Shown here piece by piece: positions 37,750 to 49,045 of a stretch of DNA of 64,000 bases (within the stretch, counting starts at the first letter, position 1; every line of letters begins with the position of its first letter). The notes beneath the pieces were generated by a model that did no database searches, was not told the origin of the DNA, and was given only the letters and a program-made list of their open reading frames with translations. Source of the stretch: Nemertoderma westbladi (Eukaryota > Animalia > Xenacoelomorpha); assembly GCA_032718475.1 (NCBI GenBank), contig JAUCBJ010006756.1:1-64000 (forward strand). Reading direction: 5' to 3'. The position numbers were made by a program, and so were the translations under genes.

Positions 37750-38185
37750 ATATTAGAATACCGATATGCACTTATAGTATATATATAAGTATTATTACAG
37801 ACTAGTTTTGTCACAGAATACCGGTATATAATTTCAGCGCAAATATATAGAATATATAATAAGCCTATCGTGAATACCGGTATACAGCTTACACTTATAG
37901 TATATATAAGTATAATTATAGTCTAGAATTAATTACAGAATACCGGTATATAATTTCAGCACAAATATATAGAAATATATAATAAGCCTATCGTGAATAC
38001 CGGTATACAGCTTACACTTATAGTATATATAAGTACAATTATAGACTAAAATTAATTACAGAATACCGGTATATAATTTCAGCACAAATATATAGAAATA
38101 TAATAAGCCTATCATGAATACCGGTATATAATTTCAGCACAAATATATAGAAATATAATAAGCCTATCGTGAATACCGGTATATC
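37750..38185. repeat. ~55/120-bp tandem repeats in the 5' UTR of A built on GAATACCGGTATA
   Basis: Seven TACCGGTA cores in ~370 bp. Confidence 0.85.
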
Positions 38186-39743
38186 AATTATTTTAGAATA
38201 ATTGAATTTCTGAATTTTAGGGTTACTTGGTTACTTTACTTTACTTTATTACCGTTATTTAAGCAGTAGTCCAACTGATATTAAGACCTAATTGTTGTAT
38301 AACAGGCCTACTATTTTATAAATCTATTTGAGTTGATTTATAATATATATATACCCGTATAATGGGTTTTTGTCAATATTTGAAATAAATGTTATTATTT
38401 CTGGGAAAGAGTCACTGCACAGAAGCTGTACGCTCTCAGTGAAGTGCTACTGGTTGGACACTAAAACAAATAATTCTAATTTGCCTAAGTTACTTAATAC
38501 TACAAATTACGTACAATTACAGGGTGAGATTACAATCTCTAAATAAACACAAAAATTACACGTACGAATTTTTAGGGTAATTTTACAAGAAGTCTACAAA
38601 CCAGCCTAACTAAGGGTTAGAATATCTGGCTATTACAAACGGACAGGATACTACGGTATTTGAAAGTAATAAAGCAGTAGTAAATATACTGCGTTGTCCA
38701 GATAGGAAAAATACCACCGTCTGATGACTTATAGCCATAACGCTATAAGTACTACATTATGTATCACGGAGTGTTCCTACCTAGAAGTTAATTACCGCGG
38801 CCTACCAGAGCCAACGTGCCTATTAACCACTTTACAACACAAATATACTGCCTACACACTAATTACCTTCGGAAAGCACTGTACACTAAACCCTAAATTA
38901 GGTACAAGTACTTATACAATAAATAACCATCAGTTAAAAATACTTGTACAGCTAAAAGAACCACGGTATCTGCCGGAGTGACCAAAGCATAAAATCTCCA
39001 GTCTTTACCTACGCCAAACAGCCCTGATGTAGTACCGGGGTTAATTTAACTATAACGGAATGTATAACAAGCACAATTACTGTAGGAATAAACTTGGGGT
39101 TTGTATGTTGCGAATAATCGCATAAACTCTGAATAATAAATATTACGCTACCCGTACAGACTACACAAACAAAATACAAACCAAATGCTGGCAGACTACT
39201 ATCAAGCCTAAATAAACAACAGTATATGCAGACTCCGAAATGGTTAGTTAGTATGCGTTCTAACCGAGTAGTACGACTTATTCTTTCGGGGGGGGGGGGG
39301 GATTTACCTTACAGCACTGGAAGCCCCTACGTTCCTAACTAGTACTTTATCGGACATACACTCTACACACACTGCAATCTCTTCAGACTTAACAACAGCC
39401 AGACAACAATCCAGCCTACAAATTATCTGTACAATCTGAGCAGGCTTACACGCCTTCTGTTCAATATTATCTTTCAAATAAATAAAACTGACAGAAATAG
39501 GCCTAAGTAAAATCCCAATAAAAACCAGGCGTCCCCGATTAAATATTAAGACCTACCGGTATATAATTATCAAATCGAATAATACTGCTGTACCTGTACT
39601 GCTGTAAGTACCGGTTGGGTGGTTAGGCAGTCAGGCCTACTGGTTACCGGTCGACCGGTACTTTACAACTGTTATTGTTCTTACCAGAACAATATTAAAC
39701 TGTATTTATTGCCTACACTGCAATCAGAAGATATAACTGTTAT

Positions 39744-40627
39744 TGTTCGCGCTTTTAGACCTTTAGCAGTTTAACCTGCCAAATTTAGGTGTCTTCTAGG
39801 TTATAAATCGACTTTAGCCTATGACAAGTATTTGATACACTACATTAGCCGAAGCCAGCACACTGATCACACACTGCACACTGATCTGCCGACCTTCACT
39901 AATTTTAATCATATATAAGGAGAAGAGCAACCGACACATGTAGTGCCTATGAAATAGCATTAGATTCACTCCAAGACCACTATAATGTAAGTCGCAATTG
40001 CTATATGTAACCGGTCTCTCTAACCTTCAGTATATCAAGAAGATTGGGGTTTTCTGATTATTTATCGATATACTCCAAATATAACAATATTCCATCAACT
40101 GATACAATTAATAACCGACAGTAAATAGCAGTAAAATAATGCGGTGTTTGTATGTGACCAGGTTTGTTATGAGTTCGTTAGATAGAATAACAGTTATACG
40201 TTTCTATGATCAAAGCCGTTCTAATGTTTTGCTAAAGTCTGAAACACAGAATAATTCCACAGCCGATGTTCTAGGCTTAGGAAAAAAGGTAAACATAAAC
40301 CAGAATGCATTGCGCGATTTCCCGGAGGTTTCTGTACAAATAAAATGAAAATCGCTCTGATTGGTCGACCGAACAAAGAAAAAGTTACACGTGGACATAT
40401 CAGCTGATAGATGTCGTCATCAGAACTTACACTGTATCAAGAGTATTTTGGCGTATTGCGACATAAAATCGCTAGTTATGTCCGATAAAGTACACATACA
40501 GAAGAAATGGCTTTTTATGTCCACTAAAACACCGGTACAGTAAGGAAACGGCTTTTTATGTCCGCTAAAACACCTACAGAGTACTTTGGGTGGAAAATGA
40601 CTAGCTAATTCCGCAAAAGCCTTTACA
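39744..40627 (-). repeat. 5' LTR of element A (884 bp)
   Basis: Direct repeat of 4611-8468 minus the DNA transposon and a ~280-bp segment. Confidence 0.93.
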
Positions 40628-41164
40628 CTTTGTCCAAATTCGATGGGGTTTTTATTTTTCAACTTAATTCGATGTCCTCTTTCAGCCTATCCATGTTTCA
40701 AAAACCCAAACAGCGCCGTTCAAAAATTAATTTTTTCTAGTTCTAGAATTTTACAAATTTCAAAAAAGTTGCAGTATTTTATTAACGCCTGTACGGAATT
40801 CGATAGCGTTTTCGATTTTTATATTAAACACAATATCCTGAATCTCATTAGCCTAGTTTCGCGTCACCAATGCCAAGACTTCATATTTTTTGAGGAAAAT
40901 TTTTCTAGAATAATTTTTATTTAATTACATTTATAGCGATTTCTTATTACTGGTTGCACATGAATTGAGTTTTCAATTTATTAACTAAACACGATATCGC
41001 GCATCGCACCAGCGTGGTTTCGAAATTCCAAAACGAGGTCTTCACTAGTTGCAGGTCGATTTTGTTCTGGAATTGAGCAACTAATATTAGATCGAATTTA
41101 TTAATAATTATTGTATGAAATATGATTGTATTTTTACATAATTATTAGTTCTATCAAATATTAG

Positions 41165-42352
41165 ACACAATGTTTGACTTTGTCCCTTCAAGCAGCACGT
41201 GAGTTTGGCTTTGACCCTTCGATATATGTATTTGCGCCCTTCGAGCAGCACGTGAGTTACATCAAATAATAGACACACTGTTTGACTTTGTCCCTTCGAG
41301 CAGCACGTGAGTTACATCAAATAATAGACACACTGTTTGACTTTGTCAATTCGAGCGGCACGTGAGTTTTGCTTTAACCCTTGATATGATGTTGCGCCCT
41401 TCGAGCAGCACGTGAGTTACATCAAATAATAGACACACTGTTTGACTTTGTCCCTTCGAGCAGCACGTGAGTTTGGCTTTGACTCTTCCAGCAGCAGGTG
41501 TCAATCGAGCCGAATCATTCCGATCGAGCCGAATAGAACCAACCGAGGCAATCAAGCCGAGTCGAGCCCAATCAAGCCGAGTCAAGCCGATCGGAGCCGA
41601 GTTGAGCCCAATCAAGCCGAGCGAGCCAGACTGAGCCGAGTCAAGCCCAATCGAGTCGAGTCGAGCCCAATAGAGCCGAGTCGAGCCCAATCAATCCTAG
41701 TCGAGCCCAATTGAGCCGGTCCGAGCCAAGTCGAGCCAGACTGTGCCAAGTTGAGCCAAATCGAGCCGAGTCAAGCCCAATCAATCCAAATCGAGCCGAG
41801 TCGAGCGGATTGAACCGAATCGAGCCCAATTGATCCAAGTCGTGTCGGATCGAGCCGAGTCAAACCCAATCGAGCCGAGTCAAGCCGTGTCACGCCAAAT
41901 TGAGCCGGACTGAGTCGAGTCGAGACCAATCAAGCCGAGTTGAGCCCAATCGAGCCAGACTGAGCCGAGTTAAGCCCAATCGAATCGAGTCGAGCCCAAT
42001 AGAGCCGAGTCGAGCCCAATCAAGCCTAGTCGAGCCCAATTGAGCCGGACCGAGCCCAGTCAGCCGGACTGAGCCAAGTTGAGCCAAATTGAGCCGAGTC
42101 AAGCCCAATCAATCCAAATCGAGCTGATTCGAGCCCAATCGAGCCGAGTTGAGACCAATCGAGCCAAGTCGAGCCCAATTAAGCCAAGTCGAGCCAGACC
42201 GAGCCGAGTCGAACCTAATCATGCCGATTGAGCCGAATCGAGCTGAGTAGAGTCGAGCCCAATCAAGTCGAGTCGCGCCCAATCGAACCAAACCGAGCCG
42301 ATCAAGCCAGGTCGAACTGAATCGAGACCAATCATGCCAGACCGAGCCTAGC
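41165..42352. repeat. CACGTG-core repeats plus GAGCC pentamer minisatellite cassette, copy 2
   Basis: Near-identical to 945-2176. Confidence 0.9.
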
Positions 42353-42417
42353 TCGTTGTGTCTTTTATTTGAAATAAAAATTCGGTTCCTTATCGGGCTG
42401 CTAGGCCCATCACTAGT

Positions 42418-43229
42418 TAGGAACCGAGAGGTTCATTACTGTAAGAATTGTTAGCTGACTGGCTGACTGGCTGGCTGGCTAATCTATAGCCAAAACTACT
42501 CTAACGATTTTGATGAAATTTTCACAGCGGCTGGATACCGCGATTCTAAGGTCCCTGGTATGTTCCGCTATTTCGTCCATGAGCCGTGGGCTCGAAAAAT
42601 AGACATAAACGAAAAAACGCCATAGGCGCAATGATAAAAACACCAGCTGGCACTCATGAAAAATGGATAGAGATGGCCTAGTAATGCTATTCTATAGGAA
42701 TGGCCACCTAACAAGGAAATGCTTTCTGTGCCAAGTATTATCCTCACTCTACAACTCAGACAGTAAGCAAACAAAAGCCGTGGGATTCTAATGTATTACA
42801 TCATAAGCTGATTGCTCTCCCAATAGCCCTCACACACTCAATGAATCGAATGAAATCGAATATCTATTAGCTTAATGCGAATAGCTGGTAAGCTGAATGC
42901 CATTTTAGTTATTGTGTAGGCCTACTACTGTTGACTGTAGAGTAGACTGCTATGTTGCATGTATTTAATTAAAATAATTTTCGTAGAGGGAAGTTAATTT
43001 GGGATTACTTTCTATCAGATGTAAGCAAAGCTGTTCAATGGGGTGGGCCATGGGACCCAAATATAGTACATTATGCATGGCAACCATTAATAAAATCATT
43101 CAGTCAACCTGAATGGTATTTGCTTTAGTTAACTACTGTGTGTGAAAAGCGAATTTATAATGTTACCCATACTTCAGGTAAATTAATTTTTAGATATTTT
43201 GTACTGAAGGCAAGGATTTCTGTTATAAT
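42418..43229 (+). mobile_element. HINE-Y 5' fragment with divergent interior
   Basis: TT-AGGAACCGAGAGGTTC start and microsatellite; no 3' end before the next X copy begins at a TT. Confidence 0.6.
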
Positions 43230-44734
43230 TAGCAAGTCGTTAGACTTGATTACTGTAAGAATTGTTGACTGACTGGCTGACTGGCTGGCTGACTGGCTGG
43301 CTGACTGGCTGGCTGACTGACTGATCTACAGCCAAAACTGCTCTAACGAATTTGATGAAATTTTCACAGCGACTAGATACCACGATTCTAAGGTCCCTGG
43401 TATGATCGGCTACTCCGTCCATAGCCTCTGGGCTCGAAAAATAGAGATAAACGAAAAAACGCCATAGGCGCAATGGTAAAATAACATCAATGACAGCTGG
43501 TGTCCTGATGAAAAATGGCTTATGTAATGCATTTCTACACAAGGCTTAGTATAAATCGATGAGGTTGCCAAGATTATTGTACTTAGTACACCCATACTGT
43601 TTGTTTAGGCCCTGCACTCTCTGTCAAAGCAAATATTAACTGGTTGATTTAGTTTGTGGTTCTACACAGGCTTAGTATAAATCGATGAGGCTGTCAACTG
43701 TTTGGTTTAGTTTGCAATCTATTACCGCCTCAGCTGAATAACTCTTCCCCCTGCTGAATGACTATTAGGTATACAGTGTATCGGCTACATTATGCCAACA
43801 TTAATACTGTGGAGGCTGTATGCTTATAAGGTGGAATGTTTACTCAGCCTTATACTGATACTCTGTAAGGCTAAGACTAACATTATAGTTTGAAATATAA
43901 AAATCACTTCTTATTATCTGTATTGGGTTAATAATCACTGTGGCATTCAAAATGTTTTATAGTTGATTGACATTTAGTGCAAGCTGAATGACTGTTAGTT
44001 ACAGAGTACTACTGCACTGTATTTTATTTTTAAATCTTTCGTCCAACATTAATACTTTGGAGGTTGTATGCTTATAAGGCGAATGTTTACTCAGCTTCAT
44101 AGTGATACACTGTAAGGCTAACACTAACGTTATAGTTTAAAACATAAAAATCACTGCTTATTATCTGTATCAGGTTACACACTGTGGCATTCAAAATGTT
44201 TAAATGTTTTATAGGTGATTGATATTTAGTGCAAGCTGAATGACTGTAGGTTACAGAGTACTATTGCACTGTATTTTATTTTTAAATCTTTTGGCCAACA
44301 TTAATACTGTGGAGGCTGTATGCTTATAAGGCGGAATGTTTACTCAGCCTCATACTGATACTCTGTAAGGCTTACACTAACATTATAGTTTGAAATATAA
44401 AAATAACTGCTTATTATCTGTATTGGGTTAATCACTGTGGCATTCAAAATGTTTTGTTAGGTGAATGACATTTAGTGGCTAAGATTATTCTCTGTCAGAT
44501 TCCCTTCACACCATAGGCAAACATTGTTGAGGCTGAGGGAATTTACTTTAGTTTACTCTACTGAGTCATTCAGCTGAATGGATTTGAGCAATTGCCAAAT
44601 TACAGAGTGGGATCTCTCTCTGACCATAGATAAATAACACTTCCCTTCTGAACAAAGGTAAACATTGTTGAGGGAACTTACCTTTGATTGACGACTTCCG
44701 ACTTGCTTAACGGCGTCTTGACGCCGTCTCTAGT
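43230..44734 (+). mobile_element. HINE-X complete copy
   Basis: Same termini and interior as 2242-3712. Confidence 0.8.
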
Positions 44735-46232
44735 TAGGAACCGAGAGGTTCATTACTGTAAGAATTGCTCGAGACTGGCTGGCTGGCTGGCTGACTGACT
44801 GACTAATCTACAGCCAAAACTACTCTAACGATTTTGATGAAATTTTCACAGCGGCTAGATACCGCGATTCTAAGGTCCCTGGTATGTTCCGCTATTTCGT
44901 CCATGAGCCGTGGGCTCGAAAAATAGACATAAACGAAAAAACGCCATAGGCGCAATGGTAAAATAACACCCATGACAGCTGGTGTCGTGATGAAAAATGG
45001 CTTATGTAATGCATTTCTACAGAAGGCTTAGTAATAAATCGATGAGGTTGCCAAGATTATTATACTCAGTACACCCATACTGTTTGTATAGGCCACCACT
45101 CTCTGTCAAAGCAAACATTATGAACTGGTTGGTTTAGTTTGAAATCTAATATCGCCTCAGCTGAATTACTCTTCCCAATGCAATCTATGGTAATATCTCA
45201 CTCTGCTAATGTAAGCTGAATGACTGTTACGTACACAGTGAGTTGGCTACATTAATGCCAACATTATTGCAAAATGTTTTATTGTTGGATTACTCTGTCA
45301 GTCACCCCTTCAGAACATTCTATAGGGAATTTACTTTAGTTTACTCTACTGTGCCATTCAGCTGAATGGATTTGAGCGATTGCCAAGTTACAGAGTTGGA
45401 TCATTCTCTGACCATAGGCAAAGACATCAAATCTTTTTAAAAATATACTTTTTCCATGTTTTTTTTCTGACCAAAAATTTCAAAAAAAAATTTTTCGTAG
45501 CCAGTACTGCCAATCGATTCGCCATCAAAAATAACGCAAAAAATTTTTTTTGCAAAATTTTAAATTACTGTAAATTTTTGGCGACTGGGGGGGGTCAATT
45601 TTTTTCGATCCGCTATAACTCCGGAACGCTTTGTCCAAATTCGATGGGGTTTTCATTTTTCAACTTAATTAGATGTCCTCTTTCAGCCTATCCATGTTTC
45701 CAAACCCCAAACAGCGCCGTTCAAAAAATAATTTTTTCCAGTTCTAGAATTTTACAAATTTCAAAAAAGTTTCAGTATTTTATTAACGCCTTTACGGAAT
45801 TCGATAGCGTTTTCGATTTTTATATTAAACGCAATATCCTGAATCTCACTAGCCTAGTTTCGCGTCACCAACGCCAAGACTTCATACTTTTTGAGGAAAA
45901 TTTTTCTAGAATAATTTTTATTAAATTACATTTATCGCGATTTCTTATTACTGGTTGCACATGAATTGATGGAGTTTTCAATTTATTAACTAAACACGAT
46001 ATCGCGCATCGCACCAGCGTGGTTTCGAAATTCCAAAACGAGGTCTTCACTAGTTGCAGGTCGATTTTGTTCTAGAATTGAGTAACTAATAATAGATCGA
46101 ATTTATTAATAATTATTGTATGAAATATGATTGTATTTTTACATAATTATTAGTTCTATAATAATTCTCGTTGTCTCTTTTATTTGAAATAAAAAGTCGG
46201 TTCCTTATCGGGCCGCTAGGCCCGTCACTAGT
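44735..46232 (+). mobile_element. HINE-Y complete short copy (no satellite cassette)
   Basis: AGGAACCGA...TCGGTTCCT, hairpin, CTAG 46228-46231. Confidence 0.8.
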
Positions 46233-49045
46233 TAGGAACCGAGAGGTTCATTACTGTAAGAATTGCTCGTGACTGACTGGCTGGCTGACGGACTGATCTA
46301 CAGCCAAAACTACTCTAACGATTTTGATGAAATTTTCACAGCATCTAGATTCCGCGATTCTAAGGTCCCTGACATGATCGGCTACTCCGTCCATAGCCTC
46401 TGGGCTCGAAAAATAGAGATAAACGAAAAAACGCCATAGGCGCAATGGTAAAATAACCCCCATGACAGCTGGTGTCCTGATGAAAAATGGCTTATGTAAT
46501 GCATTTCTACACAAGGCTTAGTATAAATCGATGAGGTTGCCAAGATTATTGTACTTAGTACACCCATACTGTTTGTTTAGGCCCTGCACTCTCTGTCAAA
46601 GCAAATATTAACTGGTTGATTTAGTTTGTGGTTCTACACAGGCTTAGTATAAATCGATGAGGCTGCCAACTGGTTGGTTTAGTTTGCAATCTATTACCAC
46701 CTCAGCTGAATAACTCTTCCCCCTGCTGAATGACTATTAGGTATACAGTGTATGGGCTACATTAATGCCAACATTAATACTGTGGAGGCTGTATGCTTAT
46801 AAGGTGGAATGTTTACTCAGCCTTATACTGATACTCTGTAAGGCTAAGACTAACATTATAGTTTGAAATATAAAAATCACTGTTGACTGCTATGTTGTAT
46901 GTATTTAATTAAAATAATTTTCGTAGAGGGAAGTTAATTTGGGATTACTCTCTATCAGATGTAAGTAAAGCTGTTCAATGGGGTGGGTCATGGGACCCAA
47001 ATATAGTACATTATGCATGGCAAACATTAATAAAATCATTCAGTCAACCTGAAGGGTATTTGCTTTAGTTAACTCTACTGTGCGAAAAACGAATTTATAA
47101 TGTTACCCATACTTCAGGTGAATGAATTTTTAGATAATTTGTGCTGAAGGCAACGATTTCTGATATAATTAAAATACAAGACAGGGGGGCTTGTTTCGAT
47201 ATATGTAGTTGCGCCCTTCGAGCAGCACGTCAGTTAATCAAATAATAGACACAATGTTTGACTTTGTCCTTTCGAGCAGCACATGAGTTTTGCTTCGACC
47301 CTTCGATATATGTATTTGCGCCCTTCGAGCAGCACGTGAGTTACATCAAATAATAGACACATTGTTTGACTTTGTCCCTTCGAGCAGCACGTGAGTTTTA
47401 CTTTGACCCTTCGATATATGATGTTGCGCCCTTCGAGCAGCACGTGAGTTACATCAAATAATAGACATACTGTTTAACTTTATCCCTTCGAGCAGCACGT
47501 GAGTTTGGCTTTGACCCTTCCAGCAGCGTGTGTCAATCGAGCCGAATCAAACCGATCGAGCCGAATAGAACCAATCAAGGCGATCAAGCCGAGTTGAGCC
47601 CAATCGAGTCAAACGGAGCCGAGTTGAGCCCAATCAAGCCGAGTCGAGCCAGACTGAGCCGAGTCAAGCCCAATCGAGTCGAGTCGAGCCCAATAGAGCC
47701 GAGTTGAGCCCAATCAAGCCTAGTCGAGCCCAATTGAGCCAGACCGAGGCAAGTTGAGCCCAATCGAGCCGGACTGAGTCAAGTTGAGCCAAATCAAGCC
47801 GAGTCAAGCCCAATCAATCACAATCGAGCCGATTTGAGGCCTATAGAGCTGAGTAGAGCCCAATCGAGCAGATTGAGCCGAATTGAGCCAAGTCGAGCCG
47901 GACTGAGCCAAGTCGAACCCAATCGAGCGGATTGAGCCGAATCGAGCTGATTCGAGTCAGACCGAGCTGGAGCCGAGCTCAATCAAGCCGAGTCGAGCCG
48001 TGTCACGCAAAATTGAGCTGGACTGAGTCGAGTCGAGCTCAATCAAGCCGAGTCGAGCCCAATTGCGCCGAGTCGAGCCGGATGGAGCCAAGTTGAGCCC
48101 AATCAAGCCGAGTCGAACCAGACTAAGCCGAGTCAAGCCCAATCGAATCGAGTCGAGCCCAATAGAGCCGAGTTGAGTCCAATCAAGCCTAGTCGAGCCT
48201 AATTGAGCCAGACCGAGCCAAGTCGAGCCGGACTGAGCCAAGTTGAGCCAAATCAAGCCGAATCAAGCCCAATCAATCCCAATCGAGCCGAGTCGAGCAG
48301 ATTGAGCTGAATCGAGCCCAATTGAGCCAATTCGAGCCGGACCGAGCCGAATCGAACCCAATCGAGCCGAATCAAGCTGAGTCGAGTCAGACCGAGCCGA
48401 GCCGAGCCGAGCCGAGCCTGGCCGAGCCGAGCCGAGCCGAGCCGAGGCCGAGTTGAGCCCAATTGCGCCGAGTCGAGCCGGACGGAGCCAAGTTGAGCCC
48501 AATCAAGCCGAGTCGAACCAGACTAAGCCGAGTCAAGCCCAATCGAATCGAGTCGAGCCCAATAGAGCCGAGTCGAGTCCAATCAAGCCTAGTCGAGCCC
48601 AATTGAGCCAGACCGAGCCAAGTCGAGCCAGACTGAGCCAAATCGAGCCGAATCAAGCCCAATCGAGCCGAGTCGAGCAGATTGAGCTGAATCGAGCCCA
48701 ATTGAGCCAATTCGAGCCGGACCGAGCCGAATCGAACCCAATCAAGCCGAATCAAGCTGAGTCGAGTCAGACCGAGCCGAGCCGAGCCAAGCCAAGCCGA
48801 GCTGAGCCGAGCCGAGCCAAGCCGAGCCCAATCGATCCGATTCGAGCTGGGTCACGCCAAATTGAGCCGGACTGAGTCGATCGAGCCCAATCAAGCCAAG
48901 TCAAGCCCAATCGAGCCAACCCAAGCCAATGAAGCCAAGTCGAACTGAATCGAGCCCAATCGTGCCAGACCGAGCCGAGCTCGTTGTCTCTTCCATTTGA
49001 AATAAAAAGTCGGTTCCTTATCGGGCCGCTAGGCCCGTCACTAGT
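46233..49045 (+). mobile_element. HINE with Y termini, X-like 5' interior and expanded satellite cassette (~47210-48980)
   Basis: Y subTIRs at both ends; ~46300-46880 matches the X interior; ~46883-47170 matches ~42945-43230. Confidence 0.7.

Larger units (their letters stand above)
4611..40627 (-). mobile_element. BEL/Pao LTR retrotransposon A (outermost, degenerate; ~15.4 kb without nested inserts and the gag duplication)
   Basis: TG...CA LTRs at 4611-8468 and 39744-40627, TSD CTTTG (4606-4610, 40628-40632), gag-PR-RT-RH-IN order with BEL-type triple Cys/His knuckles. Confidence 0.95.
3713..42417 (+). mobile_element. HINE subfamily Y copy split by LTR element A (own sequence 3713-4610 plus 40628-42417)
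   Basis: 5' TT-AGGAACCGA with stem-loop GAACC-gaga-GGTTC and microsatellite; 3' TCGGTTCCT, hairpin and CTAG at 42413-42416; removing A restores GAACGCTTTG|TCCAAATTCG seen uninterrupted at ~399, ~45623 and ~52992. Confidence 0.8.

Noticed and set aside
39681-39686. Sense TGGTAA ~57 nt after A's 5' LTR as a displaced tRNA PBS
   Set aside because: Too far from the LTR edge and no recognisable tRNA complement beyond TGG; it is the loop of a hairpin
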